NCBI RefSeq assembly: GCF_035084215.1
Contig: NC_090349.1
Span: 9,920,001 to 9,984,000 of the forward strand
Reading direction: 5' to 3'
Length of the DNA stretch: 64,000 nucleotides
From: Heptranchias perlo
Lineage: Eukaryota
Positions 1-10,109 of the stretch are shown one piece after another. The notes under the pieces were generated by a model. That model was given only the letters and a program-made list of their open reading frames with translations, was not told the origin of the DNA and did not search any database. Both the position numbers and the translations under genes were made by a program. How positions within the stretch are numbered: position 1 is the first letter of the stretch; every line of letters starts with the position of its first letter.

Positions 1-1811
1 GAGGCCGGCAGGTCCTCTGATGAATTGCCCTCTGCCATCACAGCGGTCACTGAAGGCGCTGTAAAAGTAGAGAAGGCAATATTAAGTATCATCACAGATG
101 TGTCATGTTGCGATGAGTATAATGCAGTGCTGAAGATGGCAAGGCATGTTAACATCAATTCATATTGTGTGTGCTGAATGTTAAAGTTCTGTCACCAGTT
201 GTTTGTCCAGCACCTCCTGCTCGGCATCTGTGAGGATGACAATTTGATGCATCCCCCCTCCGGTCCTTGCCCTCTCCCATCCATTCTGAGCTCTCTTTTC
301 CTATAAGGGAAGAAAGTACAGATGCATGAGTGAGTGACGGTGAAGTGGCCAGCCGATGAATACATTGGCTTGGGTGCAGCTGACCGTGAAAGGGTTGCAT
401 CAGAGGGTGAGTATGAGATAGAGCCATGACATTGTATGACAATCGGGCTGTGTGGTAGTGGTGGGTTGAGTAATGGGGAGGTGAGGAAGTGCTGAGAAAG
501 TGCAGGTAAGTTGAGGATGAGCCTTAAGTGGGTGTGGGGAGTGATGTGATGGAGTAGTGTTGGCAGTGCAGAATGAGTTGGGGGTGAGGGCGGTGATGTG
601 GAAGAGAAAATGTGGGAGAATGAGTAAGTGTACTAACCTTGGCTGACCTCGTTAGGTCATTGAAGCGCTTCCTGCACTGGATCCAGGTGCGGTAGCTGCT
701 GCTGCTGGTGACCTCCTCTGCAACCTCGAGCCAGGCCTTCTCGGTGGCAGAGGCAGGCCACTTCTTCCAGTCGGCCAGGAAGAGGTTCTCTGACCTCCTC
801 CTCCCTGTCCTCCTCCTCCCCCTCCTCCTCGTTCCTCGTCCATCCTCATCCCTCCTTTTCGTTACTCGTCCCTCCTCGTCCCTCCTCCACGTTCCTCGTC
901 TCTCCTTGTCCCTCCTTCTCATCCCTCCTCGTCCCTCGTCCCTCCTCGTCCCTCGTCCCGCCTCATCCCTCATCCCTCGTCCCTCGTCCTCGTTCCTCGT
1001 CCTTGTTCCTCGTCACTCCGAGTCCCTCCTCCTCGTTCCTCGTCCCTCCTCCTCGTTCCTCGTCCCTTCTCGTCCCTCCTCCTCGTTCCTCGTCCCTCCT
1101 CGTCCCTTCTCCTCGTTCCTCGTCCATCCTCGTCCCTCCTCATCCATCCTCGTCCCTCCTCGTCCATCCTCCTCGTTCCTCGTCCCTCCTCGTCCCTCCT
1201 TCTCGTTCCTCGTCCCTCCTCCTCCCTCCTCCTCGTTCCTCGTCCCTCCTCCTCCCTCCTCGTCCCTCCTTCTCATCCCTCCTCCTCGTCCCTCCTCCCT
1301 CCTCCTCCCTCCTCCTCGTTCCTCGTCCCTCCTCCTCCCTCCTCCTCGTTCCTTGTCCCTCCTCCTCGTCCCTCCTCGTTCCTCGTCCCTCCTCCTCCCT
1401 CTTGCTCCCTTCTCGTCCCTCCTCCTCGTTCCTCGTCCCTCGTCCAGGTTTGTCGTCCCTCCTTGTCCCTCCTCCTCGTTCCTCGTCCCTCCTCATCCCT
1501 CCTCCTCGTTCCTCGTCCCTCCTCCTCGTTCCTCGGCCCCGTTCCTCGTCCCTCCTCCTCGTCCCTCCTCTTCGTTCCTCCTCCTCGTCCCTCCTCCTCA
1601 TTCCTCGTCCCGCCTCCTCGTCCCTCCTCCTCCCTCCTCCTCGTTCCTCGTCCCTCCTCGTCCCTCCTCCTCGTTCCTCGTCCCTCCTCCTCGTTCCTCG
1701 TTCCTCGTTCTTCCTCTTCCTCGTTCCTCCTCCTCCTCCTCCTCCCCCTACTCCTCCCCCTACTCCTCCCTCCTCCCTCCTTGGAGCAGTCTTTCCCCTG
1801 TGCTGCTCCAT
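1..1811 (-). pseudogene. Harbinger Myb/SANT-like DNA-binding protein gene (copy A), disrupted by a simple-repeat expansion
   Basis: Reads [11 protein letters not shown] from the ATG at 1809-1811, then repeat, then [49 protein letters not shown], then a GTTAGT donor near 638. The W..VA..V...RT..QCRKRFNDL motif is typical of Harbinger Myb-like proteins. Confidence 0.8.
795..1781. repeat. ~1 kb pyrimidine-rich compound microsatellite (CCT/CGT/TCCT units)
   Basis: Directly visible: cctcgtccctcctcctcgtt-type units with very few A on the + strand. Confidence 0.97.
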
Positions 1812-2072
1812 TGTGGTTTGTGTGTGTTTGCTCCAGGAGCAGCCATTCGAGGACCACCCCTTTAAATAGAGCTCTCCAGCTGAGAGCCTGTGATGGGGGT
1901 GCGCAGACCGCCCGCTGTGCAACTTTTGGACGGCAAACCGGGAAGTCACGTTAAGTGGCACCAATTGACCTGCGATCACGTGGGAAACGGACATATTTTA
2001 TTGGGCTCAATCACCGCCCAATCACCACCCCCCCTCCCCTGCTGCCTTCCCGCCTCCACTCTTATATCGGGG

Positions 2073-2170
2073 TGTAGCTTGGTGACAAATTTTGTTTGCT
2101 AATGCTCCTGTGAAGCGAATTAAGGCGTTTTACTACGTTAAAGGTTCTATATAAATTCAAGTTGTTGTTG
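2073..2170 (+). mobile_element. L2-clade LINE 3' tail (right half of the element split by the Harbinger)
   Basis: ttttactacgttaaaggttctatataaattcaagttgttgttg matches the tail of the L2 at ~62870-62910. Confidence 0.75.
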
Positions 2171-2171
2171 A

Positions 2172-2520
2172 AATTACTTCCGGTCTGAGTTGCTGCCCGC
2201 AGCACCTGCTTCAGTGTGAAGGATCGCTGAACAACGATAAAAGGAATCGAACCGGATTGAAAAATAAAATCTTGCAAAGTCAGAAATTGCAGCGCGAAAG
2301 GACCTGGACACTCAAAGCGGAGGCCGTCACATTTTGGTCCTGATTTTTTGTCAACAGATGATTTCGTAAAACTTGCACAATGTTCTTTCAATTATTGTCA
2401 GAAACACACGGACACACAGTTCAGCCGGTTCCCCACACCGATAGAATTTTAAGAAATCTGGTCCAAAAAAATATACTGTACGATTTATTTCACGAAATTC
2501 CCAACTAACAGATATCCATC
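2172..2520. promoter_or_regulatory. Candidate Ig 3' enhancer block downstream of C exon 1 (paralogs ~22423-22775, ~39961-40260, ~54410-54700)
   Basis: Non-TE block retained downstream of all four C exons. Ets ACTTCCGG at 2176-2183, E-box CACCTG at 2203-2208, EICE-like GGAATCGAAC at 2243-2252, C/EBP-like TTGCACAA. Function is inferred only. Confidence 0.35.
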
Positions 2521-2629
2521 GTGTCTGTAATCTCACTGATCAGACTGATTTCACTGACTTTACATAAAATGTGCAGAACGTCACAAAGAAGACCTCAATC
2601 ATCAGTTGCTGGAGATTGGAAGAGTCATT

Positions 2630-3728
2630 TTATTGACGGTAAGGATTGATGAGGGTAGTGTGGTTGATGTGTTTTTGGGCTTTAAAAAGGCCTTTGATAC
2701 ATTGCCACATAATAGACTTATCAGCAAAATTAAAGCTCATGGGATTAAAGGGACAGAGGCAGCGTGGATACAACATTGATTAAGGGACAGAAGTAGTGAT
2801 GAACGGTTGCTTTGCAGATTGGAGGGAAATATACAGTGGTGTTCCCCAGTGGTCCGTATTCGAACCACTGCTGTTTTTGACATGTATTAATGCCTGGACT
2901 TGAGTATAGAGGGTATCATTTCAAAGTTTGCAGATTACACGTAACTTGGAAATGTAATAAACAATTAGGCGGATAGCAACAGACTTCAGGAAGACATGGA
3001 CAGATTGGTGAAATAGGCAGGCACATGGCAGATGAAAAAGTAGTGTGATGTGATATATTTTGGTCGGAAGAATGGGGAGAGGTAATATAAAGTAAATGGT
3101 ACAATTTTAAAGGGGTTGGAAGAACAGAGAGACTTGGGGTGTGTGTACACAAACCTTTGAAGGTGGCGGAACAAGTTGAGAAGAGAAGTTGAGAAAAACA
3201 AGAAAGTTCTGCTAAATCTTTATAAAACATTGGTTAGGCTTCAGCTGGAGTACTGTGTTCAGTTCTGGGCACCACACTTTAGGAAGGACGTCAAGGTCCT
3301 TGGGCGGGTTCAGAAGAGATTTACTTGAATGGTACAAGGAATGAGGGACTTCAGTTTTGTGGAGAGACTGGAGACGCTGGGTTTGTTCTCCTTAGAGCAG
3401 TGAAGAATAAGAGAAGATTTACTAGAGGTGAACAGTGCTGTTACAGTAAATGAGGAGAAACTGTTTCCAGTGGCAGGAGCGTCGGTAACCGGATTTAAGG
3501 TGATTAGCAAATGAACCAGAGGCGATATGATGATGCACTGCCTGAAAGGATATGGGAAGCTGATTCAATAGTAACTTTCAAAAGGAAATTGGAAAAATAC
3601 ATGAAGGGAAAACAGGGCTACGGGGAAAGAGCAGGCGAGTGGGGCTAAAAGGATAGCTCGAACCAAGAGCAGGCACTGGCATGATGGGCCGAGTGGCTTT
3701 CTTCTGTGCTAATGTTATGATTCTATGA
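2630..3728 (+). mobile_element. Decayed CR1 LINE 3' portion
   Basis: Degenerate RT-coding motifs (gtgttccccag..., ctggagtactgtgttcagttctgggcaccacactttaggaagga) and a tatgattctatga tail. Confidence 0.85.
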
Positions 3729-3841
3729 TGAAACTGCGGCATTTGTAACCGCCAGCGGGTTAACGCGGGCAAACTGCACATCTGTTGTTGTAATTTGAAA
3801 TGTTCCACTTGAAATCAAACAGGTAATATCTGAATCCTGAA

Positions 3842-3847
3842 TTTATT
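3842..3847 (-). terminator. Polyadenylation signal AATAAA, cluster 1
   Basis: tttatt on +, about 44 nt past the C stop; same position in all four clusters. Confidence 0.8.
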
Positions 3848-3890
3848 TTTAAACAGAATGTATAACAGATCAATACATAAGATTCTTGAA

Positions 3891-4213
3891 TCAGATACAG
3901 CTGGATCTCGCGATACTTGTTTGAAGCGGGTTTGTCTGAGTTTCATGTTTAACCAGGCAGGAGTAAAGCTCGTGTGAGTTCCAGTCTGAGGCTGCCAGAG
4001 TCAGATAACTGCTCACACTGAACGTGTTGTCCGTCTCCTGCTGGACCCGACTGGTCTCAACATCATTCCCTCTGACACTGCCATCGACAGTCCACTCAAT
4101 CTCCACAGCGCCCGGGTTAAAACCGCTCACCAAACACACCAGGGTCGCCTTGTTCTTTTCCGTTATTTGATCCAATGAAGGCGGAAGGACGGATACGGAG
4201 GGGGCCCGCGGAT
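3891..4213 (-). CDS. IGLC: Ig lambda (type II) light-chain constant exon, cluster 1 (gene = complement join 7699-7651, 7517-7170, 4213-3891)
   Basis: ttttcag acceptor, phase 1. (N)PRAPSVSVLPPSLDQITEKNKATLVCLVSGFNPGAVEIEW...YSCLVKHETQTNPLQTSIARSSCI*: C1-set Cys/Trp/Cys plus penultimate interchain Cys. Confidence 0.97.
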
Positions 4214-4598
4214 CTGAAAAATAAAGACAAATGAAAGAAGATCCAATCTTAATTGACATAAAAAGCCGTAATCAATGTTTTCATTTCTTCAAATCGTTTA
4301 AAATTCGGATATACTCTACAACGGTATGAGGAATGTAACACAACGGAACCTCATTAGCATCAATTGTACAATGACAGGAGCCCGCAGTTATAGAAAATAT
4401 AGAACCTGAGAATGTTTTCCTATTTTTCGTAAATGGAAAGGAAAAATAAAATTATTTAAATGAAATACAATCTAATCTCATTGAATACACTATAATATGA
4501 ATTTAATGGCACCCTTCAAAGACATATTCCTTTCAATTTTTGTGCCATTTCCTTTTCCCATTAAAGTTTAACACGTCACTAAGAATATTTCCACATTT

Positions 4599-5085
4599 CA
4601 TAGAATCTTACAGCACAGAAGGAGGCCACTAGGCCCATTGTGCCTGTGACGCTTCTTTTAAAGATCCATCCAATTAATCCCACTCCCTTGCTCTGTTCCC
4701 AAAGCACTGCAATTGTTTCCTTTTCAAGTATATATCCAATTCCCTTTTGAACGATGCTGTTGAATCTGCTTCCACCACCCTTTCAGGTAGTTCATTTCAG
4801 ACCATACCAGCTGGCGGTGTAAAAAAATCCTCCTCACCTTCCTTGGTTCTTTTGTCAATTATCTTCAATCTGTGTCCTTTGGTTATCGACCTGCTTGCCA
4901 GTGAAATCGTTTTCTCCCTATCTACTCTATCAAAACCCTTCAAATTTTGAACACCTCTGTTATATCCCCCCTTAACATTCTCTGCTCTAAGGAAAACAAT
5001 CCCAGTTTCTCGACATAACTGAAATCCCTCATCCCTTGTACCATTCCAGTAAATCTCTGCGCCCTCTCCAAGGACTTGAAATCAC
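4599..5085 (-). mobile_element. Decayed CR1 LINE 3' end in the J-C intron (orthologous relics ~24853-26430, ~41980-42410, ~56410-56845)
   Basis: catagaatc tail on +. Minus-strand translation SLERAQRFTGMVQGMRDFSYVEKLGLFSLEQRMLRGD. Confidence 0.8.
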
Positions 5086-5686
5086 ATTTGTGAAAGAAAG
5101 GGGTTAGAAAGTAATAAAAACATAAAAATAACACTGGGACACATTATTGCATTCAAATGTCGGATGCAATCTGTCACAGACATTGCTGATGATTTAAATG
5201 AAACGTAAAAAGCAATAAATCAGAAATTGGGGAAAATATTGGAACCAATGTTGACTAGGAAGATACTGTAATAATCAGCTGAAAACGCTCGATTCTAATC
5301 GATTGAATGTTAATCTCGATTGTTTGCTTCTGTCTCCAGTTTGCACTACTTTTGACGGAAGTGGTACATTTTCGACTAATATTTGGATTTCTGTACAATC
5401 ACTGCCACGGCCGCTCTGCTCGGCTCATCGTTTCCACGAGGTTTCTCTCCCCTGTCCGACGGTGACTATCTTGTGTAAAACTTTAAAAGACTGTCGGGAT
5501 AAATAGACCACAATCTAAATACGCAGTTTGGAGACATCTCTGGGGTCAGAGTGTCACAAGAGATACTTTTTCACTGAAGAGAAACAGTTTCCAACAAGTA
5601 AGGTATGTTACTGGTAAAAATTATATCTATATTATATAATAATATCCCAACAATAACCTCAACGTGAAAGTAATAATGCCCAAAAT

Positions 5687-5905
5687 GTCCCTGCCAGTAG
5701 TTATCCCTCAACCAACACCACTAAAGCAGATGATCTGGTCATTATCCGACTGCTGCATGTGGGATCTTGCTGTGCTCAAATTGGCTGCCGCCAATTGCTA
5801 ACATTACAAGAGTGACTATACTTCAAAAGTACTTCCTTGGCTGTGAAGCGCTTTGAGACGTCCTGAGGCCGTGGTAGGCGCTATTTCAATGCATGTTTGT
5901 TCTTT
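5687..5905 (+). mobile_element. SINE 3' half (probably Deu-domain/SacSINE1-like) in J-C intron 1
   Basis: gggatcttgctgtgctcaaattggctgcc...cttcaaaagtacttccttggctgtgaagcgctttgagacgtcctgagg...ggcgctat. Family assigned from memory, not by search. Confidence 0.6.
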
Positions 5906-7169
5906 CTTTTCTTTTTCATTATTAAATAGAAATATCCCAATGATAGTAACAATGAAATATAACCCAGTGTAAGAATGTTGAAGACGGAATGTCACAATCT
6001 CCTCTCTCTTTAAATGACAGTTCGCACCGACTACGAGTTACAAGCTCCAGCTGCCAATGACAAACCTCGGTAAAATGGTTTATGTAATGAAAGGCACGGA
6101 AGAAAAGGTTGAAACAATATTATTTTTTCAATCAGAGAATTAGAGGCTGGGCCGCTACAAATGGTTTTGGTATTGGGGTGTCGTGTCAGCTATAGCGGCG
6201 CGTCTAGCCTGTCCCAGGTTCGCCTGGGTCGGTTTAACAATCTCTTGCTATTCTGAATCTTTCGCCTTGGAACCGACAACTTCGCCCTCCTTTCTTTGGA
6301 GACTGAAATTGTGAGTAGTCCAAACAAGAGCCACCAACCCCCATTATTACAGTAAAATCTCCCTGCAGCACTCTGAGTTTGGCTGAAGTTTCTGATACTG
6401 AAATGTCTGGAGTCCCGTAGGATTATTGAGCAGGTTTTCCTGTCACTTTAAATTATTGTTTAAACGCCTAGAGTCTGACAGTGAACTCCCTTTACACTGG
6501 TTTGGACTGGGATTTGCAGCAGAGATAAATTCTTAATCGTACAGCTGATAATATAATCGAAGATTTTTGCTCTGTTATATCTTATGTTAGCCAATTTCAT
6601 CATGATGCAGACGAATAACCAAGTTAAAATAGCAATAGAGTATCCGCATTTTCTGTAATATTACGCCTCTCACTTCCGCAAATCACAGAACCCGCAGCAA
6701 AGCGCAACGGAGTGAGTACAAAAGTAGGTACAAAAATCTGAAAACCTATTCCGAGACTTCATTCGCACAAAATTGATCTGATAGGAAGATAATGAGCCCG
6801 TGACTTGTTAAAAATTAGACATCCGGCTAATCATTGATGATTATTACTGTGTGCAGAAAACCGATCAGTGTTAATGATTATTACTCGCAGACTCTGCGCA
6901 ACTTGATTTAAACGACCTCAATCTACCAAACAAATTATTTTAATATATGATTTTTGGTATTTCTTCCGTAATGTTGCCAATGTTAGGGGACAGTTTGGTG
7001 AGCGCTTTGGATACGGAATAGAGAAATAGTGATTGTCGCTGTAATCACCACGAGAGAGTCGGACACTGATATGTTTTGAACCAAGAATTTCGACTAAAAA
7101 AATTAAACCAAAAATCGAAAACTGGTAGCTGACAAATCCCAACTTGCACATTACGAATAATTTACTTAC

Positions 7170-7517
7170 TGCCCAGATTCAGCTTGGTTCCTCTCCCAAA
7201 AATGAATCTATCGATACTGCTGCTCCCCACACCACAGTAATAATCTGCGGCGTCCTCGGATTGTACGTTGGTGATGGTTAAATGCATCTTGTTGGTCGAC
7301 GAGTCCACAGATCCGGTGAAACGATCTGGAATCCCTGAAGCTGTACCGGAGCTCTCATACCAAACAAACACAGGGGCACTGCCGGGTTTTTGCCAGTACC
7401 AGCTCGCGAATAAGCTGCCGATATTGCCTCCGGACAGGGTACAGGTGATCTTGACGGTTTTGCCCGGGGTGGTTGAGATGGACGTTTCCTGATTCAGGAC
7501 TGGATCTGCGTTTGTAC
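7170..7517 (-). CDS. IGLV: Germline-joined V-J exon, Ig lambda cluster 1 (CDR3 GVGSSSIDRFI)
   Basis: Runs from a cag acceptor to an A|GTAAGT donor. TNA-DPVLNQETSISTTPGKTVKITCTLSGGNIGSLFASWYWQKPGSAPVFVWYESSGTASGIPDRFTGS...DYYC-CDR3-FGRGTKLNLG. Open frame, no RSS between V and J. Confidence 0.97.
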
Positions 7518-7650
7518 CTGGTGAAATAACAAGTTATTGATCAGTCACACTGGGAAATTCTGAATATTCTGATCTGTTCAACACAAAAAATAACAAAAAA
7601 TCAGGGCAATGTAAAAAACACCAATATTGAAGGTTAAGCCGTGTACTTAC

Positions 7651-7699
7651 TGTGGAGACAGAGCATCAATGCGGCGAGAACTCGAACCCATTCAGTCAT
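7651..7699 (-). CDS. IGLV: Leader exon, cluster 1 (MTEWVRVLAALMLCLH)
   Basis: ATG at 7697-7699, 49 nt, phase-1 GTAAGT donor, hydrophobic signal peptide. Confidence 0.95.
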
Positions 7700-7769
7700 G
7701 GTGAAGGTTTCGGTGACGGTCAGAAGCAAAATGTTTCCTGACATGAACGTGGTTCTGGGCTCTTTCTGA

Positions 7770-7890
7770 ACATCCTTAAGAAGTTTCAAACATTAGAACG
7801 TCACTGCGTATTAATTATTCATGCAAATCTCCCTCCACGTAACACGGCGCTGTTGGATCCCAGGTACTCGGCTGACTACTATTTGCATAA
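7770..7890 (-). promoter_or_regulatory. Ig light-chain promoter, cluster 1: proximal octamer 7821-7828, inverted second octamer 7881-7888, CRE half-site ~7798-7803
   Basis: + strand atgcaaat is sense ATTTGCAT (light-chain orientation), ~120 bp upstream of the ATG. A second perfect octamer in the opposite orientation lies 60 bp further upstream. Confidence 0.88.
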
Positions 7891-10109
7891 TGCTCATAGA
7901 ATACAACACGGGGATGTTTGAATACAGCAAAAGAAAAGCTGCGGTGAAATCGGGGGGAGCGATTAGGTGACTCCAGGCTTGGGTTTCGGAAGCCTGAAGT
8001 TTGCAATAGAGAGGAAAGGCTGTGGGCGGAATGATGTTGAATAGCTTAGGGGTCCTCAGAAAGATTGAATTAGAGGAGAGCGTGAGAAGAGTTTGGATTT
8101 GAACACAATGAAGAGTTAAGGAGGTGGAACAGCGCGCAGGGGGGTGTATTTGGGATTTAGGGGAACAATTTCGGAAAGTTCGCACTTGCCTTCTTTCACA
8201 CATGCGACCATATATTCAAAGTATCCCTTGAAATTTGGAAGTTCAGTTGTTTCTGCATACAGCGTTGAGCGTTGACTTCGTTCACACCAAGGGACGGGTA
8301 TGTCAAAACAGCATCATTTTCAACAATTTTAAAACAACGATCAAACATGAGTGAATAATTGATTGACTATTCTGCAGACACGCGCTGACATTTCATGCCT
8401 CCACAATCATTATTCCAACATGTAGATTATCACACTCAGCGGCGCAATTTATGAGAGCAGCTGAAATAACCGACATTTCCCTAAAAATAATTGATCGATC
8501 CGAGTTTGAATCCCGCCCAACCTGAAGGGATCAACGTATGCTCTCTGCTGACCCGAAGCATATGACTTGTACCGTGTTAGGAGTTGTTTGGTGCACTCGT
8601 TAGTGAGCTGAATCAACAGCAAAAGTAGACCATGACAAGACAAATTATAACGACATTGACAATCTCTCCCAGAGACCCAAAAGACTTTTGGAAATTATAA
8701 ATGCCACATTAGTGCAGTAGAGATACTGCTATGACGTTGGTTTAGAATACGGGAGGGTAATAATTCCCTTGGTCGTCTTTTTGTAGCAACATTAGGTTGA
8801 AAGTTCTGTACGTTTTTATTTTTCAGAGAAATCAGAAATGAATCTCATTTAGAACCTGCTTAGAATTTACTGGAAATTACGGAGCTGATGAAATCTTCAC
8901 TGATACATTTACAATGTCGCTACAAATAGCTTAATTTATGGTTTGTAAAGTTACGCACAATACATTAACACCTTGCGTGAGAATTGCTCTGGTCGCAAAT
9001 GTTTGTGTCGAATTATTTCCTTTTTCTGGAAATACTGAACAAGGGAAATCTTCACCATTGTACTGAGCATCCCTTAAACATAGTGACCAGAGGAAGTGAC
9101 AACCCATAGTGTCAATAGGGTGCTTGAGCGACACCCAACGTTCACAAGAGCTGAACCTGAGGCCACCAATGCCACACTTCACAGGCCCACGTGAGCTGAT
9201 TTACGGATACTCCTACGTAATTATGCGGCATGTCGAACACAGATAGGACGAGGCTTATAACTGTTCGGTTGATCTAATTGGTTTAGGGATAATTGTCCAA
9301 TCTCACTGGCCTTGACGTGCATTCTTCTGTTATAACCTTTTATTTTCCACAGTTTGCTTTTAAAATGTGTAAACGACTGAGGAAATCAATCGACAAAGCA
9401 GGCGAATAGACATTTTTACACCAAGTTTATATATCAAGTTCAGTCAGCTTACATATGTTAACGTTGCGTGGTATCCCGGGAGGGGAGAAGTCACACAGTG
9501 ATTTTGTATGGCACTGTTGAGAGCTACATGGACGGAATTGTGGATTGCCAATGACGACACCCAACAGCGGATCTGCCTTCCTCTAGGAAACTGGGTGTGT
9601 CTTTATCTACCCAATATCTAGGAAACTGCAATGTGAGCCAGGGATTAACCAAAGCAGCCTTGTACCAGTACTGGCGTGACCTCCTAATCCGTTTGTGGGC
9701 CGATGAAAATACATTGATCTGAAATTAGCTCAGACTGTAAACTAACAGGCAAATTTATTTAACGTTAAACAGATAATTGTACAGTACTCAGCATTGATAC
9801 ATACAGCAGTTTACACATTCCCAGTCCTCCTCCAAGTCTTTTCCAGTGCGGCAGTCTGGATGCTCGCTTTAAACTCCATAACCGGCTTCTGAGAAAAAGC
9901 CAGCCTCATATATATTTAACATCCTTTGAAGCTATACGAAACAAAGAGCATTAAAAACCAAATATCTCTAATTATATTAGACTGACAGCATTCACAGGTT
10001 GTCATTAGGTAGGATTTTAGTTCACACAAATGCTTCTGCCAATACAAGTTTAAAACATTTTTTTCGGTCTGTCTGCCTGTACCTGGCCATTGTGTTCGGC
10101 TGACCCAGT

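Larger units (their letters stand above)
1..2072. mobile_element. PIF/Harbinger DNA transposon, right-hand part (copy A; continues left of the window); segmental duplicate of 20272-22100
   Basis: Near-identical to 20272-22100. Contains Myb/SANT-like exons and ends at ...cttatatcgggg, followed by the same L2 3' tail as copy B. Confidence 0.85.

Noticed and set aside
524-1994. Long Pro/Ser/Leu- and Arg/Glu/Gly-rich ORFs (up to 385 aa) on both strands, also at 20943-22022
   Set aside because: Artefacts of a stop-poor CCT/CGT microsatellite open in several frames. Only the flanking Myb-like codons are meaningful.
7162-7371. ORF-track V proteins starting MFVWY and ending NLGSK* (also 29665, 45086, 59742)
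   Set aside because: The start is an internal GTG and the end reads through the GTAAGT donor. True exons are defined by splice sites, and I saw no nearby intronic poly(A) signal supporting a V-only product.
9494-9500. CACAGTG/CACTGTG heptamers (also ~13549, ~17539, ~30048) as possible RSS or RAG-transposon relics
   Set aside because: Where I checked, there is no ACAAAAACC-like nonamer at 12 or 23 bp and no adjacent unjoined V or J segment.
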